This document shows, in pieces, positions 1 to 10,105 of a stretch of DNA of 64,000 nt (position 1 is the stretch's first letter; every line of letters begins with the position of its first letter). The notes under the pieces were generated by a model. It ran no database searches. It was not told where the DNA came from and saw only the letters and a program-made list of their open reading frames with translations. The position numbers were made by a program, and so were the translations under genes. The stretch is from Candidatus Multivorans sp. (GTDB lineage: Bacteria > Acidobacteriota > Thermoanaerobaculia > Multivoradales > Multivoraceae), in contig OZ242040.1 in NCBI GenBank assembly GCA_965205095.1, positions 640,553 to 704,552 of the forward strand, written 5' to 3'.

Positions 1-995
1 TCCCCGCGGCGCCCGTGCTCGCCGACATCGTCGTCGACGGCAAGCCGATCAAGGCACTCGCGCAGCCCTCCAAGCAAGCGTTCCTGTATGTCTTCGACCG
101 CGAGACCGGCGAGCCGGTCTGGCCGATCGTCGAGCTGCCGGTGCCGCCTTCGAAAGTTCCCGGCGAGCAGGCCTGGCCTACTCAGCCGCACCCGACCTGG
201 CCGCTCCCCTACGATCTCCAGGGACTCGCCATCGACGACCTGATCGACTTCACGCCCGAACTCCGGGCGATGGCGCTCGAGTACGTCTCGCAGTACCGGA
301 TCGGTCCGATCTTCCAGCCGCCGACCCTGATGGACGGTTCAGAAGAAGCGCTGCCTACGATCCAGGTGCCCGGCCCCGTAGGCGGCACCAACTGGAACGG
401 CGCCGCGCTCGACCCGGAGACCAACGTCCTCTACCTGCCGTCGGTGACCGTCCCCGGGATCATGGGCCTTCGGCCTCCGCCCGATCCCGGCCGCTCCAAC
501 CTCCGCTATCGAGTCGATCTGAGTGAGGCGGACGGCTACCGCTGGGTCACGCTGCCGAACGGCCTGCCGATCACCAAGCCGCCCTACGGCCGGCTGACCG
601 CGATCGACCTCGACACCGGGGAGCACCTCTGGATGGTGCCCAACGGCGACGGGCCGCGCGACCATCCCGCGCTCGCCCACCTCGACCTGCCACCGCTGGG
701 CCAGCAGGGTCGGGTCTCGGCACTGGTCACCAGGACCCTGGTGTTCCTCGCCGACGGCTCGGACGTCATGGTCGTCCAGCCCGAGGGCGCGGGCAGCCGC
801 AAGTTCAGGGCCTTCGACAAGGCGACGGGCGAGGTCGTCTGGGAGACCCACCTGCCGGCCGGCGTGAGCGGCGCACCGATGACCTACCTCCACCAGGGGC
901 GCCAGTACATCGTGATGGCGCTCAGCGGCACGGACTTCGAAAACGAGTTGCTGGCCCTGGCGCTGCCCGAAACCGTGGTGGCCGCGGCTCCCTGA
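1..995 (+). CDS. PQQ-dependent dehydrogenase (glucose/quinate type), C-terminal part; 5'-truncated by the window edge
   Basis: PQQ beta-propeller motifs: LYVFDRETGEPVWPI, GGTNWNGAALDPET, KPPYGRLTAIDL, RAFDKATGEVVWE, PMTY..GRQYI. Confidence 0.85.
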   Translation, partial: PAAPVLADIVVDGKPIKALAQPSKQAFLYVFDRETGEPVWPIVELPVPPSKVPGEQAWPTQPHPTWPLPYDLQGLAIDDLIDFTPELRAMALEYVSQYRIGPIFQPPTLMDGSEEALPTIQVPGPVGGTNWNGAALDPETNVLYLPSVTVPGIMGLRPPPDPGRSNLRYRVDLSEADGYRWVTLPNGLPITKPPYGRLTAIDLDTGEHLWMVPNGDGPRDHPALAHLDLPPLGQQGRVSALVTRTLVFLADGSDVMVVQPEGAGSRKFRAFDKATGEVVWETHLPAGVSGAPMTYLHQGRQYIVMALSGTDFENELLALALPETVVAAAP

Positions 996-1023
996 CCGTC
1001 GGCAACAGACCCCGTAACACCGG

Positions 1024-2466
1024 ATGAACCTGCGCGCCGTCTCCGGTCTGGTCGGACGGCTCCTCCTGCTGCTGGCCGGCGCGCAGTTGATCCCCTTCCT
1101 GTTCGCCATCTGGCACGGCGAGGAACGGCCCGCGGCGGCACTCGGAGGGTCGCTGATCGTCAGCGCTCTGGCCGGCGCGGCCGCCCACTGGTGGGGCAAA
1201 CCCCACGAGAAGATCTACCGGCGCGAAGCGACCCTGGTGGTGGTCGGCGCCTACATCCTGGCCTCCTTCTTCGGCGCTCTTCCCTACCTGTTGAGCGGCG
1301 AGATCGCGGATCCGGCCTCCGCCCTGTTCGAGTCCGCCTCCGGGTTTACGACGACGGGCGCCTCGATCCTGACCGACATCGAACTGCTGAGTCCCAGCAT
1401 CCTGCTCTGGCGCGGGCTCACACAGTGGCTGGGCGGCATGGGAATCCTGCTGCTGTTCGTCGCCCTGTTCCCCAGCCTGGGACCGGGCGCCCGCCTGCTC
1501 TACCGCCTGGAAGTGCCGGGGCCCACCCAGGACATGTTCCAGCCCCAGGTACAGAAGACGGCGACCGTGCTGTGGCGCATCTACGTCGGCCTGACCATCG
1601 TCCTCATCCTGTTCCTGCTCGCCGGCGGCGCCACCCAGTACGAAGCGTTCTGCTACGCCTTCACGACGGTGTCGATCGGCGGCTTCGCCCCCTACAACGC
1701 GAGCGTTGCCGCCTTCGACTCCGCGTTCATCGAGTGGACGATCATCGTCTTCATGCTGATCGCGGGCATCAACTTCTCCCTGATCTTCGCGGTCCGGTCG
1801 CGGCCCAGCCAGCTCTACAAGGACGTCGAGTTCCGCGCCTACGTCTCGATCGCCGCCGTGCTGGTGGGCCTGGTCACGCTGGACCGCTGGCGCAGCACGG
1901 ACCTGCCGTTGCTGGAGGCCCTCCGGGAGGCCGCGTTCAACTCCGTGTCCCTGATGACGACGACCGGCTACACGACCAGGGACTACGACTCGTGGAGCGA
2001 CACGTCGCGCACCCTGCTGCTGCTCGCCATGTTCGTCGGCGGCTGCGCCGGCTCGACCGCTGGCGGCATCAAGGTCGGCCGGCTCGTCATGACCCTCAAG
2101 ATGGCGCTGCGCGAGGTCCATCTCATGTTCAACCCGCGCCGGGTCCTGGCCCTCTGGATCGGCAAGAGGACGATCAGCGACCAGGTGGCGCGCAGCCTCG
2201 GCGGCTTCATGACGCTCTTCGCCTTCCTGTGGCTGGGAGTCGCCGCCATCCTCGCCCTCGCGGGCAACGACATGGTGACCTCGCTGTCGTCTTCGCTGGC
2301 CTGCCTGTCGAACGTCGGCCCGGCGATGGGCGCGGCCGGCCCGTCGCTCAACTACGCCTTTTTCGCCGGCTGGGAGAAGCTGCTGCTGATCTTCCTGATG
2401 TGGCTGGGCCGACTCGAGATCGTCGCCGTCGCGGCGATCCTCCTGCCCGCCTTCTGGCGCCGCTGA
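1024..2466 (+). CDS. trkH: TrkH family potassium uptake membrane protein
   Basis: Selectivity-filter repeats FESASGFTTTGAS, TTVSIGGF, TTTGY, LSNVGP; GGCAGSTAGGIK; LGRLE. Confidence 0.95.
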   Translation: MNLRAVSGLVGRLLLLLAGAQLIPFLFAIWHGEERPAAALGGSLIVSALAGAAAHWWGKPHEKIYRREATLVVVGAYILASFFGALPYLLSGEIADPASALFESASGFTTTGASILTDIELLSPSILLWRGLTQWLGGMGILLLFVALFPSLGPGARLLYRLEVPGPTQDMFQPQVQKTATVLWRIYVGLTIVLILFLLAGGATQYEAFCYAFTTVSIGGFAPYNASVAAFDSAFIEWTIIVFMLIAGINFSLIFAVRSRPSQLYKDVEFRAYVSIAAVLVGLVTLDRWRSTDLPLLEALREAAFNSVSLMTTTGYTTRDYDSWSDTSRTLLLLAMFVGGCAGSTAGGIKVGRLVMTLKMALREVHLMFNPRRVLALWIGKRTISDQVARSLGGFMTLFAFLWLGVAAILALAGNDMVTSLSSSLACLSNVGPAMGAAGPSLNYAFFAGWEKLLLIFLMWLGRLEIVAVAAILLPAFWRR

Positions 2467-2490
2467 GCAGCCTCGCGCGCCACTGGGTAC

Positions 2491-2549
2491 GCGGGTCTTC
2501 TGACCCGCTGCCGCCAAAGGCGTGTGACCACGGGTCTTCTGACCCGTGG
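2491..2549. repeat. Pair of REP-like palindromes (CGGGTC-TTCT-GACCCG) between convergent genes
   Basis: GCGGGTCTTCTGACCCGC at 2491-2508 and CCACGGGTCTTCTGACCCGTGG at 2528-2549; same core, each self-complementary. Confidence 0.7.
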
Positions 2550-2600
2550 AAGACAAGGCGCCGGCCGCAGGCCGGCTCCGTACTGCGCGAAGCTGCTCAG

Positions 2601-3191
2601 CTATTCGACGCGGCTGACGTCGTCGAACTCCGGCCGCGGCAGCCGCCCGAACAGGCCCTCGGGATCGCCGTAGCCGATCGAGCAGAGGAAGTTCGAGCGC
2701 ACCGTCGTGCCGGGGAAGAACAGCTCGTCGCACTTCGCGTTGTCGAACCCCGACATCGGACCGCAGTCGAGGCCGAGCGAGCGCGCGGCCAGCATGAAGT
2801 AGGCCCCCTGCAGGGTGGCATTGCGAAACGCCGTCACCTCGGAGAGTTCGGCGTCGTTGCGGAACATCTCGGCCATGCCCGGATTGTGGGCGAAGAGCAC
2901 GTCCATCTTCTCGAAGAACGCCAGGTCGTAGCCCAGGATCGCGGTCGCGGGCGCCTGCCGGATCTTGTCCTGGTTGCCCGGCATGGCGATCGAAGCCAGC
3001 CGCTCCTTCGCTTCGTCGCTCACGGTGAAGACGACGCGCTGCGGCCAGCAGTTCGCGCTCGTCGGTCCCCACTTCATCAGATCGTGAAGTTCCTCCAGGG
3101 TTTCCCGCGGCACCTCGCGCGGCAACCACCTGTTCTGGCTGCGGGCGTCCCGGAACAGGACGTGCATGGCGTCTTCTGCAATCTTCGGCAT
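2601..3191 (-). CDS. rutE: Nitroreductase family protein, malonic semialdehyde reductase RutE-like
   Basis: LFRDARSQN, GPTSANCWP, RNATLQGAYFMLAARSLGLDCGPMSGFD, NFLCSIGYGD, RLPR. Confidence 0.85.
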   Translation of the reverse strand: MPKIAEDAMHVLFRDARSQNRWLPREVPRETLEELHDLMKWGPTSANCWPQRVVFTVSDEAKERLASIAMPGNQDKIRQAPATAILGYDLAFFEKMDVLFAHNPGMAEMFRNDAELSEVTAFRNATLQGAYFMLAARSLGLDCGPMSGFDNAKCDELFFPGTTVRSNFLCSIGYGDPEGLFGRLPRPEFDDVSRVE

Positions 3192-3246
3192 GGCGTTCCT
3201 CCGGCGGCGGATGATAGCCGCAGGTTCCTCGAGCGATGGCGCGGGC

Positions 3247-4818
3247 TCAGTCCGTCGCCGGCACGCGCCGGAACAGCGACCCGACGTGGGACTCGGGCAG
3301 CGGCTTCGTCGCCAGCGACACGGCCGCGGTACAACCCACCGCGAACAGTCCGGCGAGCGCCGCGCAGGAGGTCGGGTTCGGCGCCTCCCCGTGCAACCAG
3401 GAGAAGACCGGATGCAGGAAGCTGCCCTCGAACCAGGCCGGATCGATGACGCCCGTGTGCAGGATCAGGAAGGAACTGAGGCCCACGATCAACCCCGTGT
3501 ACGCGCCGGTGCGCGTCACGCCGCTCCACAGCGCGCCGAGGACGAGCGGACCCGCGAACGCAGCCATCATGCCGCCGTTCCCGGTCCAGACCAGGATCGC
3601 GATGTTCATGTCCATCAGCATCCAGGCCATCGTGACGCAGACGACCATGACTCCGACGGTCGCCCAGCGGCTGATGACCAGCACCCGCCGGTCGAGCTGC
3701 TCCTCGCTGAGGTGCGAGTGGAAGCGCGGCGCGATCGTCCGCCGGTAAAGATCGTTCGCGACGATCTGGGACGACGACACGACGAGTCCATCCGCCGTCG
3801 ACATGACCGCCGACAGGATGCCGACGCCGATCAGCGCGGCCAGCCAGGCAGGGAAGAGCTCGATGAACAGTGCCGGCAGGGCCTCGTTCGGGGTCGATCC
3901 CTCCTCGTACAGGCGGCCGCCGAGCACCGCCCGCGCGAGGGCGCCTCCCAGGCCCAGCATGCCCAGGGTGACGCCGAAGACGGAAGCGAAGCGCAGGAAG
4001 GTGAAACGGGACTTGCCCGTCTTGAGCGCCCAGATCTTGTTGCCGATGTGCGGCAGCAATCCGAGCGGGATGTGGGCGAGCAGCACCGCCATCTGCGACC
4101 ACCAGGAGTGGTAGAGCGGCGTCGAGCGGTTGATCCAGCCGACCTGGTTCGGATCCTGCCCGCGAATGTTCGAGATGACCGTGCCGAAGCCGCCGTCCAG
4201 GCCGGCGCCGAAGAGGAACAGGAGGACGACCAGCACGCCGATCAGCAGCATCAGGAAGCCCTGGACGCCGTCGGTGAGGATGTCCGCGTGGGCGCCGCCC
4301 AGGGACACGTAGACCATCAGCACGACGGCCGTGATCCCCAGCGCCCAGGCCGGCGAAAGCCCGAGCATCGTCTCGAACATGACCAGGCCCGACAGGAGCT
4401 GTCCGGCCAGGTAGAAGAATAGAAGCAGGGACGCCACGGTGACGATCACGCGGATTCCGTCCGACTGGTAGCGGTCTCCCAGGAACTCCGGGATCGAACG
4501 CGAGCCGAACCGGTCGCCCACGTTCGCCACCAGCCGCATGCAGATCAGCACGCCGAGATAGACGCCGGCCGGGTAGAGAACCGCCGACAGCAGCGCCGCC
4601 GTGCCGTGCTCGTAGGCGAGCCCCGGGAAACCGAGGAACGTCGCGCCGCTCGCGGTCGTTGCGGCGAATGCGAGAGCGAGGAAGAAAGGGCCGTAGGCCG
4701 CCCGCGCGGTCGCGAAGTCGTCGGCGCCATGTACCCGGTTCCGGCCGATCAGCCCGAAGGCCAGCATGCCGCCCATGTAGACGGCCAGGAACAGCCAGGA
4801 CCAGACGATCAAGCTCAT
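3247..4818 (-). CDS. Sodium:solute symporter family protein (PanF/PutP-like)
   Basis: Many TM segments; ASGATFLGFPGLAY, SIPEFLGDRY, LGGAHADILTDGVQ, SAVMSTADG. Confidence 0.9.
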   Translation of the reverse strand: MSLIVWSWLFLAVYMGGMLAFGLIGRNRVHGADDFATARAAYGPFFLALAFAATTASGATFLGFPGLAYEHGTAALLSAVLYPAGVYLGVLICMRLVANVGDRFGSRSIPEFLGDRYQSDGIRVIVTVASLLLFFYLAGQLLSGLVMFETMLGLSPAWALGITAVVLMVYVSLGGAHADILTDGVQGFLMLLIGVLVVLLFLFGAGLDGGFGTVISNIRGQDPNQVGWINRSTPLYHSWWSQMAVLLAHIPLGLLPHIGNKIWALKTGKSRFTFLRFASVFGVTLGMLGLGGALARAVLGGRLYEEGSTPNEALPALFIELFPAWLAALIGVGILSAVMSTADGLVVSSSQIVANDLYRRTIAPRFHSHLSEEQLDRRVLVISRWATVGVMVVCVTMAWMLMDMNIAILVWTGNGGMMAAFAGPLVLGALWSGVTRTGAYTGLIVGLSSFLILHTGVIDPAWFEGSFLHPVFSWLHGEAPNPTSCAALAGLFAVGCTAAVSLATKPLPESHVGSLFRRVPATD

Positions 4819-4915
4819 TGGGAAGCGGTCACCGTATCACCGGCCCCGCCACCCGGGTGGCGCGGACTCGCGGCACCCTTGAACCAGTCCATGCGCCCGT
4901 CAGTGGAAGCGCGGC

Positions 4916-4931
4916 TGGCACGAAACTGGCA
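4916..4931 (+). promoter_or_regulatory. Possible sigma54 (-24/-12) promoter
   Basis: TGGCACGAAACTGGCA has GG-N10-GC spacing, one mismatch to TTGC; ~70 bp upstream of the 5000 start. Confidence 0.4.
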
Positions 4932-4999
4932 CACGAAACCGGTTACAGCCGTCCGCCGTACTGCTAGTACGTAATCGACAACCCCGGAGGTCATCTCCC

Positions 5000-5833
5000 A
5001 TGCGTTACGCCACCATCTTCCGAGCCGCCGTCGTTGCCCTGTTGTTCTTCACCCTGCCGGCTCTCGCCATGGCCGAAACTGTCCGTATCCCGGCAGGCAC
5101 GACCGTCTACTGCGTCCTCGACGAGAGCCTCTCGACGAAGAAGAAATCAAGCAATTTCGTCCGGCTGGGAGACCGCGTCCGCGCCAAGGTCGCCGAGGAT
5201 GTCGTGATCGACGGCCGCGTCGTCATCGAAGCGGGTACCGTGGTCTGGTCCGAAGTCAGCAAGGCCCGGCGGGCCAAGGTCGCCGGCATCCGGGGTCGAC
5301 TCGAGGTGGAAGCCAACACCGTCGCCGCGGTGGACGACACCTCGATCCGCCTCGCCGGCGGCTACGACCGCTCCGGCAGAGGCCGCTTCGTGACCGCCGC
5401 GGTCCTGGCCAAGGTCATCGCCTGGCCGTTCATCCTGATCAAGGGCAAGCAGGCGCACTTGAGCCGCGGCGTCATCTTCGACGCCCAGACCGCGGCTCCG
5501 GCCGAAGTGGATGTCGTGGCGCCCCGGGATCTCCCGGTTCTCCGCGCCGACATCCCGGGATTCGAAGTGAGCATCCCGTACGACAGCATCGACCCGGAGG
5601 TGCGGCTGGCCAGCCTGCCGCTCCTGTTCACGGGACTGGCCGCGGACACCGACGAGGCCCACGTCACCGCCGTCAACGGGCAGACGATTCGACGGATCGA
5701 GATCTCCATCGTCGACGGGATGGGCGAGGTCGACTTCCAGGAACTGGCCGAGCACTTCCGGCTCGGAATGAACCGGTTCACCGTCACGGCGGAAGGCCAG
5801 AGCGTGGACGTGCTGCTGGAGTTCGAGTTCTAG
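5000..5833 (+). CDS. Secreted hypothetical protein
   Basis: GGAGG RBS, signal peptide ending ALAMA, beta-rich body (IPAGT..GD.V.A.VAEDV.IDGRVVI.AGT). Confidence 0.75.
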   Translation: MRYATIFRAAVVALLFFTLPALAMAETVRIPAGTTVYCVLDESLSTKKKSSNFVRLGDRVRAKVAEDVVIDGRVVIEAGTVVWSEVSKARRAKVAGIRGRLEVEANTVAAVDDTSIRLAGGYDRSGRGRFVTAAVLAKVIAWPFILIKGKQAHLSRGVIFDAQTAAPAEVDVVAPRDLPVLRADIPGFEVSIPYDSIDPEVRLASLPLLFTGLAADTDEAHVTAVNGQTIRRIEISIVDGMGEVDFQELAEHFRLGMNRFTVTAEGQSVDVLLEFEF

Positions 5834-5874
5834 CCGGCCTCCCTGCGAACGGCGGTCTTCGCTACTGTTCCGCC

Positions 5875-8097
5875 ATGCCAACGACCACACGCAAGCCGCG
5901 CCTGTCGTACTTCCTTGCCGCCATCGCAGGTGTCTCCGCCCTCGCTCCGGCGATGGCGCAGACGCAGCCGCTGGAGCTCCACCACATCTACGGGCCGGAG
6001 GCGCTCGACTTCTCGCCGGAGCTGCCGCGGCTCCGATGGCTGCCCGGCGGCGAGGAGTACCTCTCGGGGGAGGACGGCGAGGATGGCTGGTCGTGGACGG
6101 CCATCGACGCGGCGTCGGGCGAAAGCCGCCCGTTCTACGACCCGGGGCCCCTGTCAACCGCGCTCCGGGAGCAACTGGACCTGAGCCCTGAGGACGCGGC
6201 GTCGAGGGCGCGGCCCGGGTCGCTTCGGCTGTCGCCGGCCCGGGACCGCCTGCTGCTCGACCTCGCCTCGGACCTCTTCGTCTGGAGTTTCGACGAAGAA
6301 ACGCTCACCCGGCTCACACGGGGTCCGGAGACCGAGGAACTCGCTCGCTTCTCGCCGGACGGCCGCCGTCTCGCCTTCGTCCGCGACGCCGACCTCTACG
6401 TCGTCGACGTCTCCGGCGACGAACTCCGGCTGACCACCGACGGCGGCGAGAACACCCTGAACGGCAAGCTCGACTGGGTCTACCAGGAGGAAATCTACGG
6501 CCGCGGCAACTACCAGGCCCACTGGTGGAGTCCCGACAGCCGCCGCATCGCCTTCCTGCAGAGCGATGAGCGCGACGTGCCGCGCTTCACGGTGGTCGAC
6601 CACGTCCCCTTCCGGCCGCCGCTCGAGGTGTATCCCTACCCCAAGGCCGGGGACCCGAATCCCCGTGTGCGGCTGGGGGTCGCCGAGGCGAACGGTGGCG
6701 GCATCACCTGGATCGACCCGGGCCTCTACGGACACTCGGAGATCCTGATCGTGAACGTCGCCTTCTCACCTGACGGCGATGTCTGGTACCAAGTCCAGGA
6801 CCGCCGGCAGACCTTCCTCGACCTGCACCGGGCCGATGCGGACACCGGCGAATCGGAGCGCGTTCTGCGGGAGGAATCCCACGCCTGGGTCAACGTGCTC
6901 GGGCCACCGCAGTTCCTCCAGGATGGCGGCTTCCTCTGGCTGAGCGAACGGACGGGCTTTCAGCACCTGTACCGATATGACACGGACGGCAACCTCGTCG
7001 CACCGCTGACCGAAGGACGCTGGGAAGTGCGTTCCCTGAACGCGGTGGACGAAGAGCCGGGATCCGCCTACGTCTCAGGTACCTTCCGATCGCCAATCGG
7101 CACCGACGTCCTGCGGGTCGCTCTCGACGGCTCAGGCCCGGCCCTGCTCACCGGGGAACCCGGCAGCCACCGCGGCAGCTTCCCTGACGACGGGTCGATC
7201 AGCCACTGGATCGCCACGTCGAGCGACCTCCACACACCGACGACGATGACCCTTCGGCGCGCCGGCGACGGTGCGACCGTCCGCGACCTCGGCGGCGGCG
7301 ACGTGCCGGACCTCGAGCGGTTCGATGTCTCGCCCCCGGAACTTCTGACCATCGAGACCAGCGACGGCGTCGACCTGGCGGCGATGCTGATCCGGCCGCA
7401 CGGCTTCGATCCCGACCGGGTCTACCCGGCCTGGGTTCACGTCTACGGCGGGCCCCACGCCCAGCAGGTCCGGGACGGCTGGCAGGGCTCACGCGGCATG
7501 TGGTTCCAGTACCTGGCGCAGCAGGGGATCGTCGTTCTCGTCGTCGACAACCGCATCGCTTCGGGCAAGGGAGTCGAGTCGACCTGGCCGGTGTACCGGA
7601 ACTTCGGCGAGCAGGAGCTCATCGACCTGGTCGAAGCGGTCGACTGGCTCGGCGCGAAGCCGTGGGTCGACGCGGAGCGGATCGGTCTCGACGGCTGGAG
7701 CTTCGGCGGCTACATGACGCTCTTCGCGCTCACCCGTTCCGACCGTTTCCGCGCCGGTATCGCCGGCGGCAGCGTCGTCGACTGGCGCGCCTACGACTCG
7801 ATCTACACCGAACGGTACATGTCGACTCCGGACGACAACGCCGATGGCTACGAGCGCAGTTCAGTGCTCGAGTCGGCCGGGGACCTCCACGGCGACCTGC
7901 TGATCATCCACGGCACGATGGACGACAACGTCCACATGCAGAACACCCTGCAGATGGCCTGGAAGCTCCAGAAGGCCGGCAAGCCCTTCGAGATGATGCT
8001 CTACCCGAAGTCACGCCACGGCGTCACCGATCCCGACCTTTCGCTGCACCTGCGCGAGACGATGGCGCGGTTCATCCTGAAGACGATCGAGCCCTAG
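5875..8097 (+). CDS. S9B family dipeptidyl peptidase IV-like serine peptidase
   Basis: Signal peptide; DWVYQEE, YPKAG, VYGGPH, catalytic GWSFGG, HGTMDDNVH, SRHG. Confidence 0.95.
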   Translation: MPTTTRKPRLSYFLAAIAGVSALAPAMAQTQPLELHHIYGPEALDFSPELPRLRWLPGGEEYLSGEDGEDGWSWTAIDAASGESRPFYDPGPLSTALREQLDLSPEDAASRARPGSLRLSPARDRLLLDLASDLFVWSFDEETLTRLTRGPETEELARFSPDGRRLAFVRDADLYVVDVSGDELRLTTDGGENTLNGKLDWVYQEEIYGRGNYQAHWWSPDSRRIAFLQSDERDVPRFTVVDHVPFRPPLEVYPYPKAGDPNPRVRLGVAEANGGGITWIDPGLYGHSEILIVNVAFSPDGDVWYQVQDRRQTFLDLHRADADTGESERVLREESHAWVNVLGPPQFLQDGGFLWLSERTGFQHLYRYDTDGNLVAPLTEGRWEVRSLNAVDEEPGSAYVSGTFRSPIGTDVLRVALDGSGPALLTGEPGSHRGSFPDDGSISHWIATSSDLHTPTTMTLRRAGDGATVRDLGGGDVPDLERFDVSPPELLTIETSDGVDLAAMLIRPHGFDPDRVYPAWVHVYGGPHAQQVRDGWQGSRGMWFQYLAQQGIVVLVVDNRIASGKGVESTWPVYRNFGEQELIDLVEAVDWLGAKPWVDAERIGLDGWSFGGYMTLFALTRSDRFRAGIAGGSVVDWRAYDSIYTERYMSTPDDNADGYERSSVLESAGDLHGDLLIIHGTMDDNVHMQNTLQMAWKLQKAGKPFEMMLYPKSRHGVTDPDLSLHLRETMARFILKTIEP

Positions 8098-8181
8098 GAG
8101 CTAGCGCGGTAGAGACTGGGTGCGCCGGCGCCCTCGCCGGCATCCGGCGCGAAGCGCCGGCTTCCGGACCTTCTGCCGCGA

Positions 8182-8724
8182 TCACCCCCGCCAGGCCCGC
8201 ACGCTGAGCGCCAGCGTCGCGATCGTCCCCCAGGACAGGCCCACAACGACGCCGGCATCGAGGATGCCTCGCCACGGCTGATCCAGCCGGTGGACGAGCA
8301 CGATCAGAACCAGGATGCCGAGGGTGCCGAACCAGACCCCAAGCCGCTCCCGCCTCGTGCCTTCGAAGTACCCCGCCGCGAACAGCGGTGCGAGCACGAC
8401 CCGCCGGAGCGTCGGCTGGTTGCGAACCGTCATCGCCCGCTCCGCCACCCGCGGCGAGAACCGCAACTGGAATCCACGCAGCCCCTCGGACCAGGCCATG
8501 AACGGGATGATCGCCAGAAGAGCCGCCCAGTGATACCAGGCGAACGGATGGTCGAAGGCGGCGATCGAGATTCGTGCCAGCCGGTAGACAGCCCACAAGA
8601 GCAGACCGACAATGCCGCCGATGGCCCACAGGGCGCCGGCCGTCGCCACGGCGCGGCCGATGGAGCGCCGGCCAGCACGCTCCGTCCGGTCCGACGGTGA
8701 GTCCGCGGGCACGGGTTCACTCAT
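8182..8724 (-). CDS. Hypothetical membrane protein
   Basis: About four TM segments; MAWSEGLRGFQLRFSP and QPWRGILDAGVVVGL look like conserved motifs; ATG overlaps the end of the upstream gene. Confidence 0.7.
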   Translation of the reverse strand: MSEPVPADSPSDRTERAGRRSIGRAVATAGALWAIGGIVGLLLWAVYRLARISIAAFDHPFAWYHWAALLAIIPFMAWSEGLRGFQLRFSPRVAERAMTVRNQPTLRRVVLAPLFAAGYFEGTRRERLGVWFGTLGILVLIVLVHRLDQPWRGILDAGVVVGLSWGTIATLALSVRAWRG

Positions 8725-10021
8725 CCGAGGCGAGATCCCGACGGCCCTGGTCGCTGGCCAGCGCGGCATGGTTCAGGATGTTCCTCGCCATCGACGACGG
8801 CTGCGCCTCGGCATTCGCGCGGTAGACCGCGGCGCGCACCTCGTGGACCTCGGCGCTCTCCGGCGCCGCGTGCCGGGCCGCCTCGATCAGGTGACACGCC
8901 ACCGCATGGCGCCCGGCCGCGGATTCGGCCCGAGCCGCCTCGATCACCTGCTCCACTCCGCCGGCCAGTTCGACCCACGCAAGCGCCTGCTCGCTCTTCG
9001 CAGCCGGGACCACCGTGTCGAACTCGCCGTCCCACCAGCCTCCGTAGCGCCGCCAGACCATCCGCACAAGGAAACTCGGATCGTCGTAAACCGGCTGCAG
9101 GTAGGGCTCGTCCGCAAGGTCGGCCGGAGGCGTCACCACACGCACAACCTGGTCCAGGCTCAGGCCCCGGTTCATCGCCGCCACGCTCTGTTCCTCGATC
9201 GACCGCATGTAGCGCGCCGTGCCATCCAGCGCGCGGCGCACCCGGTCGGCCCCCAGAATCGGCAAGCCGTGCCCCGGCAACAGGATCTCGGCGCCGAGCG
9301 GCAGCATCCGCTCCAGGCTGTCGGCCCAGTCGCCGACGTAGCGCTGCACCTTCTGCGGGTTGCCGGCGTTCGGCACCGCCCAGATGAACAGGTCGCCGGT
9401 GTGGAGGATGCGACGCTCGGGTATCCAGGTCCAGGTGATGTCGTCCGTCTCGCCGCGGCCGTGCGTCAGTTCGAAGGTGAGCTCTCCGCGCCGGAAGGTC
9501 AGACCGCGGCGATAGAGAACATCCGGATAGCGGTAGCTGTCCGGCCAGCGGTAGTGCGGCGCGTCGATCGCGAACTGCCGGCGGTTGATCGCCGTGTTCC
9601 AGCCCAGGGTCGCCCGGTAGCGGTCGAAATGATCCGGCACCCGCTCGTGGGCGTAGACCGTCGGCCGCGGCCAGCCGCGTTCTTCCGCCTCGGTGTCGAA
9701 CGCGGTCACGGAGAACACGTGGTCCGCGTGGTGGTGCGAGTAGATCGCGGCAACGACCGGCGTCTCGGGCCAGACGCGGCGCACATCCTCGAAGCAGCGC
9801 TTCACGTCGAGCAGATGGCCGGCGTCGAGCATCACGAGTCCGTCGCCGCTGTCGATGACGTAGAAGCCGGCGATGCCCTTGAAGCCGAGCAGGCCCTCGG
9901 CGAGCTGGCAGGAACCCGGGTAGTAACGGTGGACCGGATGGTGCTCGAACTGGAGGTCGAGTTCTCCGCGCCAGGCCTGCTCGGCCAGCTTCAGAAGGTC
10001 GGGGCCGCGTTCGTCAGACAT
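8717..10021 (-). CDS. Alkyl/aryl sulfatase-like metallo-beta-lactamase fold hydrolase
   Basis: YSHHHADH, HGRGETDD, TGDLF, PNAGNPQKVQR, LPGHG, RRYGGWWDG; start taken at MSDERG. Confidence 0.9.
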   Translation of the reverse strand: MSDERGPDLLKLAEQAWRGELDLQFEHHPVHRYYPGSCQLAEGLLGFKGIAGFYVIDSGDGLVMLDAGHLLDVKRCFEDVRRVWPETPVVAAIYSHHHADHVFSVTAFDTEAEERGWPRPTVYAHERVPDHFDRYRATLGWNTAINRRQFAIDAPHYRWPDSYRYPDVLYRRGLTFRRGELTFELTHGRGETDDITWTWIPERRILHTGDLFIWAVPNAGNPQKVQRYVGDWADSLERMLPLGAEILLPGHGLPILGADRVRRALDGTARYMRSIEEQSVAAMNRGLSLDQVVRVVTPPADLADEPYLQPVYDDPSFLVRMVWRRYGGWWDGEFDTVVPAAKSEQALAWVELAGGVEQVIEAARAESAAGRHAVACHLIEAARHAAPESAEVHEVRAAVYRANAEAQPSSMARNILNHAALASDQGRRDLASDE

Positions 10022-10105
10022 GGCGCGCGACGTTAGCGCAGCACGCGACGAGGCCGGCCGAAGAACGCTGCTAACCTCCGCCGAGCCATCGTCGTCGGAG
10101 ACCGT

